Below, piece by piece: positions 41,000-54,139 of a DNA stretch of 64,000 nucleotides (position 1 is its first letter; every line of letters starts with the position of its first letter). A model generated the notes under the pieces. The model searched no databases and had not been told where the DNA came from. It saw only the letters and a list, made by a program, of their open reading frames with translations. The DNA is from Octopus vulgaris (Eukaryota). Made by a program: the position numbers and the translations under genes. Location: the NCBI GenBank assembly GCA_951406725.2, contig OX597825.1, positions 59,086,001 to 59,150,000 on the forward strand. Direction: 5' to 3'.

Positions 41000-42542
41000 A
41001 CTTTTCCTAAAAATGTGTCACCTCGTGCCATAGCTATTTGCAGTGAGTAGTTATTCTTTGTGGTACCTGTTTACAGACAGATGGACTGAACCACTAAAAT
41101 CTGTCTCAGTTATGTTGAATGCTGTCAAGTGCTACCCAATAGATATAAAACAAGGACACATTGATTATAGAATAGCAATGATCTTGTTGACTAAACTAGC
41201 TCTGATTCTCATTTATAACAACATAACTACAACAACAGCAACATCTATTGACTTGGCCAGCTCCGAGAGATTCCAGTATATGAAAAATTTAGGAAAAACA
41301 AAATAGAAATTGGTAAATAAAGTTGGTAAATAAAGCTGAAATTTTGTAGATTCTTCAAGAAATTCTCATCATTTTACAACGCTGATATGTGAGGCAGGGG
41401 AGGAATAGGAGGTGTAGTATTAGAATGAGAAGGAAAGGGGTAGGGTTGGAGGGATAAATAAAAGAAAATGAAACAATGTTTGCTTGATTCTGTTGACATC
41501 AAATAGGTGCTTGCGTGTGTTTGTATGTGTGCATGTGTGTGCGTATGTATGCACATATATATGTGTGTAGCTTGTAGAGTAGTATTTGATGGGATGGAAA
41601 GCATTGCTGGGCATATTTAGCTAGCTATTTTGGGTTCACTTTTTGACTCCTTCCCCGTCAACCCTGACCCAAGTTGCAATTGCTGTTAAAGTTGTTGACT
41701 TTCACTTTCTTTATTGGCAGAAAGAGGAACCTATATGTGGTCTGTCAATATGGTAGAAATAACAGCCAAATCCCTTTGAAATCATAAGCTACCATCTTTA
41801 AACCTTCTGATACCAGCCTACCCGAAGCCAACCTTGGTTTTATATGATAAACCTCCTTGTTTGAAAGAGAACCACCATCAAGATTTCACACTAATTTATG
41901 TTCCAAACACCTGCTAAATAATCCTTCCTATAGGCACAAGATCTGAAATATCAGGGGAAGGGGATAGCTGATTACATCAACCCCAGTATCTAATTGATAC
42001 TTACTTTATCGACCCCAAAAAGATCAAAGGTAAAGTTGATTCTGCGGATTTTGGTCTGAGAACATGAATACAGACAAAATGCCACAAAGCATTTTGTCTC
42101 ACATGCTAATGATTCTGCCAGTTTGTTGCCTTACACCAGCTAAAAAATGACACGGTTATCATTGTTTTAGTGTCTACTGTTCTGTGCTTCAACAGGCCAG
42201 AAGAGACTACATTAAAGTAGAATTTTTTATGGCTGGATGCCTTTACTGATGCCAACCTTCATTTGTTTTCAAGCGAAGTGATAATTTCCACCACCCCCAG
42301 TCTATTGAACAACAAGTAGCCATGATATGCTTTCACAGAGGATTGCAAACAAATGACCCAGCTTATATGACTGGTGAAGCCCCTTGCTTACAATCAGTGT
42401 GCAACATAACAAAAAATTTGAATGTGTTCTCATGGTGAATGACAATCAAACGGTAACATCTTTATGAATGGGGAGGCTTTTGTTTACAGTCAGCACACAC
42501 ACACATACCAAAATGAGTGGGGACATGGACACAGTTTCACAT

Positions 42543-42576
<34 letters not shown>

Positions 42577-43456
42577 TTTTTTTCTTTTTTTTTTCTACTT
42601 GTTTCAGTCATTTGACTGCGGCCATGCTGGAGCACCGCCTTTAATCGAGCAACTCGACCCCGGTACTTATTCTTTTTTGTAAGCCCAGTACTTATTCTAT
42701 CGGTCTCTTTTGCCGAACCGCTAAGTAACGGGGACATAAACACACCAGCATCGGTTGTCAAGCAATGCTAGGGGACAAACACACACACACGCATATATAT
42801 ATATATACATATATACGACAGGCTTCTTTCAGTTTCCGTCTACCAAATCCACTCACAAGGCTTTGGTCGGCCCGAGGCTATAGTAGAAGACACTTGCCCA
42901 AGGTGCCAGATATAAATTTTTATGAATGTACATATGTTATATATATAAATATATATGCCAGTATGGAAAATGGACGTTAACAATGACATATGCACACACA
43001 CACACACACACAAGGCTCCTTCCATTTTCCATACACAAAGTATTGGTCAACTTGTAGTGATAGTAGAGCAAAACAGCTAACAGCATCCTCCATGCAATGG
43101 GATTGAAACTCCAACCACATTATTCAGAAGCGATCTTAACTACACAACCACCTGTGTCTAGATCACGAATTTATTATTTGGATAGTGGACAAAAGAACTG
43201 ACAAAAACATCAGAAGAAAGAAAACTACGCCTCGTTGTGTTTTGTTGAGTCCATTTATGCTTTGAATTCAGACCACACCAAAACTTACTTTGTCTTTCAT
43301 CCTTTCAGGGTTGATAAAACATTGAGCAATCGAGTTATTTGAAGTCAGTGAAGTAAATCAACACCACCCAGTGCTGTAAATTCATGCCAGTCGGCTATTG
43401 TTAGCAGTCGTCATTGTCATCATCATCATCAACACCACCTGGCAGAAGTGTTGAGA

Positions 43457-43902
43457 GAGTGAGCTGGCAGAAACGTTAGCATGCAGGGCGAAATGCTTAG
43501 CGGATTTCGTCTGACGTTAAGTTCTGAGATCAAATTCTGCCAAGGTTGACTTTGCCTTTCATCCTTTCGGGATCGATAAATTAAGTACCAGTTATGCAAT
43601 GGGGTTGATGTAATCAACTAAAATCCGTTTGTCTGTCCTTGTTTGTCCCCTCTATGTTTAGCTCCTTGTGGGCAATAAAGAAATAAGAAACGTTAGCATG
43701 CAGGGCAAAATGCTTAGCAGTATTTCGTTTGCCACTATGTTCTGAGTTCAAATTCCGCTGAGGTCGATTTTGCCTTTCATCCTTTCAGGGTCGATTAAAT
43801 AAGTACCAGTTATGCACTGGGGTAGATGTAATCGACTTAATCCGTTTGTCTGTCCTTGTTTGTCCCCTCTATGTTTAGCCCCTTGTGGGCAGTAAAGAAA
43901 TA
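43457..43902 (+). mobile_element. Tandem dimer of family-A SINE inside a single 13-bp TSD
   Basis: AGAAGTGTTGAGA at 43444-43456 and 43903-43915; the second unit starts at ~43686. Confidence 0.85.
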
Positions 43903-45767
43903 AGAAGTGTTGAGAAAGTCAACACAAAATACCTTGTGGTAGGCAGATCTACTTTCTGAATGAAAATCTTGCCAAGGTCAACTCTGCTGATTCATCTTCC
44001 CAGGGTCAATAAAATCATGTCCCAACCAAGGACTGGAGTTGATGGAATCGACAAACCCCATCTCCTCAAAACTACTGACCTTCTGTCTAAATTAGAAACG
44101 ATTATTATTGATTAGGTGGCAGATCAATAAAATTGTTTGAGTAGTGGATAAAACACCTTATCATGTTTAGTTGTGGTGCTTAACATTTTCAGTTCAAACT
44201 CTGCTAATGTCCACTGTGCCCTCCATCCTTCTGAGGATAAAAATCAGTCAAGTACTGATACTTTTATCCCCAGAAGGATGGGGAGCAAAGTGGCGATCAA
44301 GTACTGGGGTTCATATGATCACCACTTGTTCTCCGCTAGTCAAGTAATGGGGCTGATATGATCACCACTTGCTCTCCTCCTCCAAAATTTCTGACCTTGT
44401 ACCTAAATTAAAACAAATGTAGTGTTTGGCAGACTCATTTGAGGGTCAGACAAAATGCCTGGCTGTATTTGTTTAACTTGCTATATTCTGAGTTCTAATC
44501 TTGTTGAGGTTAACATTGCCTTTAATCTTTTCAAGATCAATAAAATGAATTACCAGTCTGTGGTCGATATAATGGATTATTTCTCCTCACACTAAATTTT
44601 TTTGCATTGTGCTTATATTAGGAATTATTATTATTATTAAAGCGGTAAGCTGGCTGAATCATTAGCATGCCAGGATAAATGCTTAGCGGCATTTCGTCTG
44701 TCTTTACGCTCTGAGTTCAAATTCCACTGACACCAACTTTGCCTTTCATCCTTTCAGGATTAATAATTTAAGTACCAGTTGAGTATTGGGGTTGATGTAA
44801 TCAACTATCCCCCTCCCCCAAAATATCAGGCCTTGTGCCTTTAGTAGAAAGGATAATTGTCATTATTAATAACACTCTTGTTCAAGAGAGGTCATGGTGA
44901 GGTGTGTCATGGTTAAGATTAATCATAGCAGAAATGGAACAACATCACTTAACAATAACCCTGTTACTAGTCATCACTGAATGTATGAGAGAGGATCCAC
45001 AGGCTTACTTGACCTGCTAAAAATAGCAACTAAATCTCTTTCAAATTAAATCCATTATCATATTAAAAGAAAAAAGGACAAGGAAGTACTTTTTTGTGGT
45101 CCTGCACAGAGGATTAAGCAGGATGGTCATGATAGAAGGCTTTTTATGATAGGTTTGCTCAATTAGGGTTGAGAAAGGGTTACACAACAGTTAGTCATTA
45201 TCACTCCCAACCTAAACCCCTGGGGGATTGAGAAGTTCCAAGTCCTTGTGATCGAGATAGGAAGATCAGAACCCCTTGTAAACACTCAGGACCTCGTTTT
45301 GCTCAGTTCCTACACCACCACCCTCCTCTTCATTCCCACCACAACCCTCATTCATTGATATTCATGTTGATGTTTTTGTTGTTGTAATAGCTGTCGCTGT
45401 TGTCTTACAGGTTTAAAAACTATTTCCTTTGAAATCGGACTGCAAAGAACCTGCCTGAAACAATGTGAGTGGAAGGAGGAGGAGGAAGTAAGAGGTAGAA
45501 GGAGGTTTTCACTGATGTACCAGTTATTGTTGTGGTCCTTTCTCAGGCTTCGGTAGTTATTATTACTGTTGTTATTTTGGTTGCAGCATAAATTACTAGA
45601 CACAGTGTTAATGTTTTATGCTAATGCTACAGTATGTTCTACATTCAATAAATCAAAGATCTTTAGCCGACACTCTGTGTGAATTAAACAGCGGGTTTTG
45701 AATTCAATTTAACACACACATACACACACACACACACACACAGTGTTGACTAAAATTTATTCTATGA

Positions 45768-46366
45768 TAGTGGTTCTCAACCATTTTTCTCCCACGACCC
45801 ACTTCAACTTAAAAGAATAAAAAAAAAAAAAAAAAACATGCCTCAACCTTCATGAACAGACAAATATAACACACACACTCATATATGTGTGTGTTCTATC
45901 CTTTTACTTGTTTCAGTCATTTGACTGCAGCCATGCTGCAGCACTGCCATAAATCTTATTCTTTCGACTTATTCTTTATATGCCAAGTATTATTCTGTTG
46001 GTCTCTTTTACTGAACCGCTAAGTTATAGGGATGTAAATACATCAACATCAGTTGTCAAGTGATGGTAGGGTGATAAAACACACACACACATATATATAT
46101 ATATATGATGTGCTTCTTTCCGTTTCTGTCTACCAAATCCGCTCACAAAGTTTTGGTTGGCCTGAAGGTATAGTAGAAGACACTTGCCCAAGATTCCACG
46201 CAGTGGGACTGAACCCAGAACCATGTGGTTGGGAAGCAAGCTTCTTACCACATAGCTACGTCTGTACTTATTATTGAAGTATAACCAATTTGTAGCACGT
46301 AAATTTTAACAACTAGATTTTATATGGACACCCCTGAGCCATATTCACCCTGGTTGAGAACCACTG
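45768..46366. mobile_element. hAT (Charlie-like) MITE containing a family-B SINE
   Basis: TIRs TAGTGGTTCTCAACC (45768-45782) and GGTTGAGAACCACTG (46352-46366). Confidence 0.7.
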
Positions 46367-47797
46367 ATGTAGCCATATCTGAACCCGGAGCCATGTGGTT
46401 GGGAAGCAAGCTTCTTACCACACAGCCATGCAGTTAGATTAATATTGCAAGTTTATTTAGTCTTTATCTACTCAACCTTGGTGATACGAATGCGCCAGAG
46501 ACTGCCACTAGTTTTGATACAAGCTTACTGTTGTATCTTGCATTGAGATCTCATGTTAATTCGTGTTCCAAACACCAACTTAATAAGTATTTTAGATATG
46601 TGCTACAAGGGCAGCTTGGGGTAGGTGGGGATGAGTCGATTACATTGACCCCAGTATTCGACTGGTACTTATTTTATTGACTCTCGAAAAGATGAAAGAC
46701 AAAGTTGACCTTGGTGGAATTTGAACTCAGAACGTAGCAATGGATGAAATACCGCTAAACATTTTGTCCAGCATGCTAACAATTCCGCCAGCTTGCTACC
46801 TTTAAAACACCAACTTAATAATGACAAAGTTATTTTATACAAAATACTTTATTATTTCCAAAATTAATTGTAACAAAGGGAGTGCATTTCAAGAAAAATA
46901 TGATAACAAAAGGGCTAAGCCCCATTCTGTAGTAACCCATGTGCCAGCAAAATACTGTCCCTCTACCATACTCTTGAGAGACCCTGTTTTATAGAGTACC
47001 TTATAATTACTCTGTAGCTATAAGGTACTCTACTTTCCTACTTGTTCTTTTACATGTTTGTTACATTGTAATTATTCATGTTGTATACCTGTCTACTTCC
47101 CTGTTGGTTGTGTTATAACTTTGTACTGTTGTTGTTTTACAGGCTTTTTGTATGTTATTGGTGATGTTATTGTTTTACAAGCTTGGAATATTCTTCAGAG
47201 AGCTGTTACTTGCCCTACCTATATACTGTTGTCAATGACATTTATAATTACTATTGTGGTCGCCAATATCCTTGTGTTATCCACAGAGTAAAGGGGTAGG
47301 ACCCTGACTGTGGTTGACAGGGGCAGCTGAGATTTAATTATATTGTTTTGTTGTTTAACCCCAGATCTGAGATTAAAAGGTGTTCCAATATCTGATCATC
47401 CCAATTTTTTTCACCCACTTTATTTTAATCTTGACCCCTGCCCACCATCTTCAAATCACCAGAACATCCAGGATGTGACGATTGCATCATAATTGGGTAG
47501 GTACTTTATTACAACCTGAAAATGTGAAATACAAAGTTGACCTTGATGGGATTTGAACTCAAAGAACAGAGAGCCAAGACAAATATTGCAGCGTGTTCTA
47601 CCTGCCATGCTAACAACCCAGCCAATCCACTGCCTTATCTCTCCATATATATATAGGTGCAGGCGTAGCTGTGTGGTAAGAAGCTTGCTTCTGAATCACA
47701 TAGTTCTGGGTTCAGTCACACTGTGTGGCACCTTGGGCACAATCAGTCTTGTGAGTGGATTTAGTAGATAGAAATTGAAACCAGCCTGACATATATA

Positions 47798-47855
<58 letters not shown>

Positions 47856-49002
47856 AGACACTTGCCCAAGGTGCCATGCAGTGGAACTGAACCAGAACCA
47901 TGTGGTTAGGAAGCAAGTTTCTTACCACACAGTCATACCTGTGCATGTGTGTATGTATTGAGTAAGAGAGAGAGAGAGAAGGGGAGAGAGGAGAGAGAAA
48001 TATTAAGTATAAAAAAAAAAAAAACTTGCAAGAGAAAAATCTAGAACAATGAAATTAACTAATTACCGAAGTGGGAAGATGGTAGGAGGGAATGTTTTAT
48101 TGTACTTCATAGGAATTTGGTAAGTATATGAGACATTAAAAAAAATTCTTTTACAAATCTGAAAATGGTATCACTCCTACATAACTCACAAATGTTTTAT
48201 AAACACCAGCTGAGCAATCTTTCTGCATATGCTAAAATAACCTGCCCACACGATTATATTAACAATACTTTGCACTATATATGTTACATACACACAAGCA
48301 ATTGAAGTTACAAACCAGAGGAAAAAAAAAAGTTGCCCAACTTATGAACTAGTGGTTATTGATATAGTTAAAGGTGGAAAGTTTCAGTGTGGCTGTGTGG
48401 TAAGAAGCTTGCTTCCACATGGTTCAAAATTCAGTCCCACTGCATGACACCAAGTGTCTTCTAATATAGCTCTGAGATGACCAAAGCCTTGCAAATGTGG
48501 ATTTCTTAGATGGAAACTGAAAGAATCCTATTTGTGTATATATGCGTGTGCATGTGTTGCGTGTGTGTGTCTGATATATATATATCATCATCTTCATTGT
48601 TTAATGTCTATTTTCCATGCAGGCATGGGTTGGATGGATTGACAGGAAATGGTTAGTCAGGGAGCTCGCCAAACTCCAGTTGTCTGTTGAGTCTTGGTTT
48701 CTACAATCGGATGCCCTTCCTAACACCAAACACTTTACAGAGTGTACTGGGTACTTATTACATGCCAGCAGCTCAGGTGTGTTTATGCAGCACTGTCACG
48801 AGTGCATTTTACGTGGCACCAGCACCTGTAAAGGACAAGCCTGCTTGTATGGATGTCAGTCAAAGTCTGCTTTCCATGCCGGTATGAGGCAGATGACTTG
48901 ACAGAAGCTGGCTAGGCAGAAGACTGCACCAGGCTTCAGTGCCAGTTTTGGTATGCTTTTTATGGCTAGATGCCCTTCCTAAGACCAATCTCTCCACAGA
49001 GG

Positions 49003-49033
<31 letters not shown>

Positions 49034-49684
49034 TGTGAGTAGATATGCACATAAGACCTAATGAATGACAAAGAAAAGGTAGGTTAGATAATCTTTGACA
49101 CAGAAAGATACTCAATATGATTATACAGGTGAGTAATAGTAGCAGGTAATAAATATGACATAATCTGTCAGAAATTCTCTTATTCTATAGGAAGAAGTGC
49201 ATGATATTTTATTTTTATTTAGAAAATAGCTAAGCAGAGTGACTATGCTTTGCTGAGGAGGACTCCAAGAAGGTGTGAAACAAATCTGAAGTTGTCTCCC
49301 TTGGTTTTAGAATTAAAAAAAAACCCAACAAAACAAAAGCAGAAGCTATTAACTGATATTATTTTTTTCTTACTTTTATGGTAAAATATAAAATATATTT
49401 TTAGCTATATGTGCTTTCACCCACGTAAACTATCAGGGATAGTTTGCATACCATCATAGACAGATAATCAGGAATAGACAAAAGAGTGAAACGAAAATAA
49501 AACACCAACAAAAAGAATAGTTTTATGTAATGATGTATAGAAATGTATTTTTTCATAAAATATATGTCAATGTAGAAGCACGTGGGAGTGGGAGTTTGTG
49601 TGTGTGTGTGAACATGCATCAGCAACATCATCATTATCATCGTCAACAGCTGTAACATGGGTTGGACACTTCTGCAGGATCTCA

Positions 49685-49838
49685 TACTTGTACTTGTGAC
49701 GGCGTTCACCCAGAGCGGGTTGAGCCGGCTTCTTCTCTGGTTCTAACGGCATCATGAACCATGGCGGCCCACGCTAGACGATCCTGTGCGAGGTCACTGG
49801 AGATAGTGAGCCATTCATGGTTCCATCTGCGCAGACTG
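49685..49838 (-). mobile_element. 3' end of an RTE-clade LINE (second family), (CAAGTA)n tail
   Basis: Minus translation LRRWNHEWLTISSDLAQDRLAWAAMVHDAVRTREEAG; tail ACAAGTACAAGTA. Confidence 0.75.
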
Positions 49839-49897
49839 ATCTCATGGGTCCAAGGACTGCATCATGTTCCAATATCTACTTTGGGTATGGTTTATAT

Positions 49898-50196
49898 TAA
49901 GTGGTTCTCAACCAGGGTCCATGAAAGCAAAATAGTAAATTGTGTCCACTATAGTATTTTAAGGGTCCATAAAAAAATTTTGCTTTAGATGTATTTATTA
50001 CAAGAAACAACTAAGTTTATTTCTCTAACATTTTACATGGTTCCACTTACACAAGTTATTGTGTGTAAAACAAAATGGGAATTTAGAAAAAAGCACCTAT
50101 AAAACTAGTTTTTATACACGAAATGGCTTTGCAGGCCCACCAGAATAAAATTGTAATCAAAGGGGTCCATAGACAAAATATGGTTGAGAACCACTA
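49898..50196. mobile_element. hAT (Charlie-like) MITE with target site duplication
   Basis: AGTGGTTCTCAACCA / TGGTTGAGAACCACT TIRs; GTTTATAT at 49890-49897 and 50197-50204 (NTNTANAN-type hAT target). Confidence 0.85.
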
Positions 50197-50326
50197 GTTT
50201 ATATTGTTGGATGTCCTTTCTAACAACAACCACTTTACAGAGTGTACTTGGTGCTTTCTGGGGTTTTCTTTTTTTCATCATGGTACCAGCACTAGTGACA
50301 TTTCCATGCCTAAGAGGCAGCTGCAG

Positions 50327-50620
50327 TACTTAGTTACTTGTGACGGTGTTCCCCCAAGGCGGGTTGAGCCAGCTTCTTCTCTGGTCCTAATGGCATCACG
50401 AACCATGGTGGCCCACACTCAACGGTCCTTTGCGAGGTCACTGGAGATAGCAATCCATTCGCGGTTCCATCTGCACAGACCGACCACCTGTGGACCTGAG
50501 AGTTCGGAGAGGTCCTCCTTTATTGTCGTTGCCCAGGTCTTCAGCTGCCTGCCCATGCGTTTGCACCAGTTGGGAAGTGGAGGTGGGAGGAGGACATCAC
50601 GAATCAGCTCACCCTCTGGA
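50327..50620 (-). mobile_element. Longer 3' fragment of the same RTE family
   Basis: Minus translation LLPPPLPNWCKRMGRQLKTWATTIKEDL...RWNREWIAISSDLAKDR. Confidence 0.75.
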
Positions 50621-51543
50621 CGAATCAGGACATCGCGAATCAGCTCAAATTCCAGAGACTACAGTGGATGAAGGTGGCTTTATACTGGGAGATGAGAGGA
50701 TAAAGTATGAAAGAAAGGATCAAAACTGAACAAGGTTTCTTACAGGGGTGGAACAGCATGGTTACTCACATTATAGAAGAATGGGGAGAGAGAGAGAGAG
50801 AGAAAAAAAAGCATGTGATATTGTCTTAAGAAACGTCTATGTATAAAAAGCTTCAAGCATCTTTCAACAGTTGATTGGCCAAAAGTTTATACTGGTTTCA
50901 TATGACATAAAGATGGGATACTAGTCTAATGTTGTAATGTTAACCTCAAACCTCACAAGCTGTTGCAAGTACTCATTCCAATGGAGTAACATGAAATGAA
51001 GTGCCTAGCTAAAGTATACAAGACCCTGCCTGGTTCAGGAATTGAACCTATGACCTATTTTAACAATCAACCACTGAGCCATGTGCCTTACTATAATTTC
51101 TAAACACCCTGGTCTTACTATTATTAACACCACATTTATATTGTGACGTGATAGAAAACAATAGACATTACACTAAATATGTATTGTATTACTTTTTGTT
51201 TCCCAAAGTCGTCAGTCTTACAAAATTATGTCACAGGAGCTTAACAATGGATACAGAATGGTGTGTTTATGTGTGTGTGTGTATGTTTTAATCTAACAAA
51301 AAAAAAAGCCAACAAATATAAAAAATAACAAACCAAAAACACCGGAAAATATGACAACTATTTAACCTGGTTTTATTTGCTCAGCAGCTGATTGGGTTCA
51401 GATGGACTACTACTGTTAAGACTAGTGAACAGAATAGAGTTGTTTAATACTCCAGTTGCTATATATTTATTATACACAAATTAAAGGGTCATTTGTCATA
51501 TGATAGGTAACTTTGAAAGAATGCTTTTGCCACAAAGGGAAAC

Positions 51544-51808
51544 ATGGTTACATCAGTGGTTCTCAACCAGGGTGAATATGGCTCATGGGTATCCATATAA
51601 AATTTAGTTGTTAAAATTTGTGTCCTACAAATTGGTTATACTTCTATAATAAGCACAGACGTAGCTGTGTGGTAAGAAGCTTGCTTCCCAACCACATGGT
51701 TCTGGGTTCAGTCCCACTGTGTGACACCTTGGGCAAGTGTCTTCTACCATACCACTGGGCTAACCAAAGACTTGCGAGTGGATTTGGTAGACAGAAACTG
51801 AAAGAAGC
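51544..51808. repeat. Inverted copy of ~46105-46376 (hAT end, flank and SINE head)
   Basis: ATGGTTACATCAGTGGTTCTCAACCAGGGTGAATATGGCTCA... is the reverse complement of ...TGAGCCATATTCACCCTGGTTGAGAACCACTGATGTAGCCAT. Confidence 0.8.
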
Positions 51809-52037
51809 GGTGAGCTGGCAGAAACGTTAGCACGCTGGACAAAATGCTTAGCAGCATTTTGTCTGCCGTTATGTTCTGAGTTCAAATTCCACCGAGGGAG
51901 ACTTTACCTTTCATCCTTTTGGGGTCAATAAATTAAGTACCAGTTATGCACTGGGGTCGATGTAATCGACTTAATCCCTTTGTCTGTTTTTGTTTGTCCC
52001 CTCTATGTTTAGCCCCTTATGGGTAATAAAGAAATAG
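51809..52037 (+). mobile_element. Family-A SINE inserted into a family-B SINE, 15-bp TSD
   Basis: GAAACTGAAAGAAGC at 51794-51808 and 52038-52052. Confidence 0.85.
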
Positions 52038-52844
52038 GAAACTGAAAGAAGCCCGTTGTGTACATATATATATTTATGTGTGTCTTTGTGTATGTGTTTG
52101 TCCCTCATCACCATTTGACAATCAATGCTTGGAAAAATGTGAGGGTTGGTGACAGGAAGGGTACCTAGTTGTCGAAATATCTACCACAGCAAAATCTGCA
52201 TGATCCATGTGAGCATGGAAAAGGGGACATTAAAAATGATGATGATCACACACACACACACAGATATATACAGGTGCAGATGTGGCTGTGTGGTAAGAAA
52301 TTTGCTTCCTAACTACATGATTCTAGGTTCAGTCCCACAGTGCAGCACTTTGGGAAAGTGTCTTCTACTATAGCCTTGGGCCAACCAGAGCCTTGTGAGT
52401 GAATTTGGTAAATGGAAACTGAAAGAAGCATGTTGTATAGATATGACTAAGTGAGTTGTGTCTTTCTGTCTGTGTTTTGTGTCCCACCACCATTTGAAAA
52501 CTGGTGTTGGTGTGTTTATGTCCCTGTAATGTAGTCGCTCAGCAAAATAGAATGATTGGATAAGTACCAGGCTTGAAAAATATTAAATACTGGGGTTGAG
52601 TTGTTTGATTAAAATTCTTCAAGGCAGTGCCTGAGCATGGTTGCTGTCTAAAGATTGAAACAAGTAAATGATAGAAGACATATGCACAAGTACACATATT
52701 TGATCTTAAGTTAGTCATTCCCTCCACCTATCTATTTCTCTCCAATACTTAAACATATCAAAGGGAAATGGAAAATTAATTAAAATTTTCACCTCCAGTG
52801 GCCTAACGTGTAAAAATTTAGTCCAAAAAGACTATGTATTAGTC

Positions 52845-53036
52845 ATAATATATAGTGTACATTTAAACACATAAGGGATCCACTCGTGGGATTCAACATG
52901 CTAGAAAGAACAGCTAGGTTCTATAACCACAAAAATTATCCCTAATTTTTGTGGTTATAGAACCTAGCTGTTCTTTCTAGCATGTTGAATCCCACAAGTG
53001 GATCCCTTATGTATTTAAATGGACACTATATATTAT
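52845..53036. repeat. Hairpin palindrome: 94-bp arms, 4-nt loop, 3 mismatches
   Basis: Arms 52845-52938 and 52943-53036, loop TCCC. Confidence 0.92.
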
Positions 53037-53922
53037 TTCTCTCCAATATATATATTTCCTGTGGGACAAAGTAGTGAGAAAGGATCTACAAATGTTGGGT
53101 CTCACAGAGGGTATCACAAAGGACCAAGACTCCTGGCAGTTTACTGTGCTTGAAAAAAACAGGCCAAGTGAAGTAAAGTGTGGTTGCCCTTGCATACAGG
53201 CTCATTGTCCCTTGCAACCCTCCCCCAGCTGAGCATGCCTAATCTTGCAGGCTCGTAAGTGCTGGTGCCATATAAAAAGCACCCATACCAGCTGTAGATA
53301 CTACACCAAAACAGACTTGGAGCCTGATCATCTCTTCAGCTGGTCAGCTCCTGTTAAACTGTCAAAGCCACGCCAGTGTGGAAAACAGATGTTAAATGAT
53401 TATGATTCATTCAACCTGTCTCTCAATATATTCTTCACACAGAATTTCAAATTTCATATTTTGTCATGCTTCACCTAAACCAGAGTCATTCTCCTTTATA
53501 AATATTCAAATCTTTATATTTTAAACAGAAACACTATTGATCCACACAAACAAACAGTTGGGGGGCAAAAGTGAAAAAAGGAATAGAATAAAATAAAACT
53601 AAATACTTTGTTTTGTTCTGGTCTATTTGATAAATTTGTTGTCACTATTGTGTTGTTCTCTGAAAGAAGCAACATGTGTAGAAGAAGCTTCTTGTACCAG
53701 CAAGGGGGATTCAATATTGTAGCTCCACTGGTTAGAAATAGCAACTCAATTACTCGTTTTTAAAATGGTATGGATTAATCTGAGCAAAGGATACATGTGA
53801 TAATACAGTCCAAGATATATTATATTTGGAAAAAAATAATAATGAAGGGATAGACATGGCTAGAACACATCTGGTTATAGGTCTGCTGGGATGAGAAAAG
53901 CTTAGGGGTTTAACAGCAGCAG

Positions 53923-54139
53923 CCATTCAAGAATTTGGACCTGGAGATCTCCATTTCCAGCGACTTCGAGGGCCACCTCCCAGTGGTGTCGGGCGTCAAC
54001 GAAGAGCCCTTGACTACAAGACGACCAAAGTTTTGTTTTTCTTTTCCTAAGGTCTGGGGTCTCCCGCCCCTAAGCCCTAGACCATCACCTAATCACCCTT
54101 ACCCATCTTGTTGCTTAACAACAACAACAACAACAACAT
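53923..54139 (+). mobile_element. GC-rich retroelement 3' fragment with (CAA)n tail (I/Ingi-like LINE end or derived SINE)
   Basis: (CAA)n tail; possible TSD CAGCAGCAG (53914-53922, 54140-54148); second copy inverted at 61164-61345. Confidence 0.65.
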
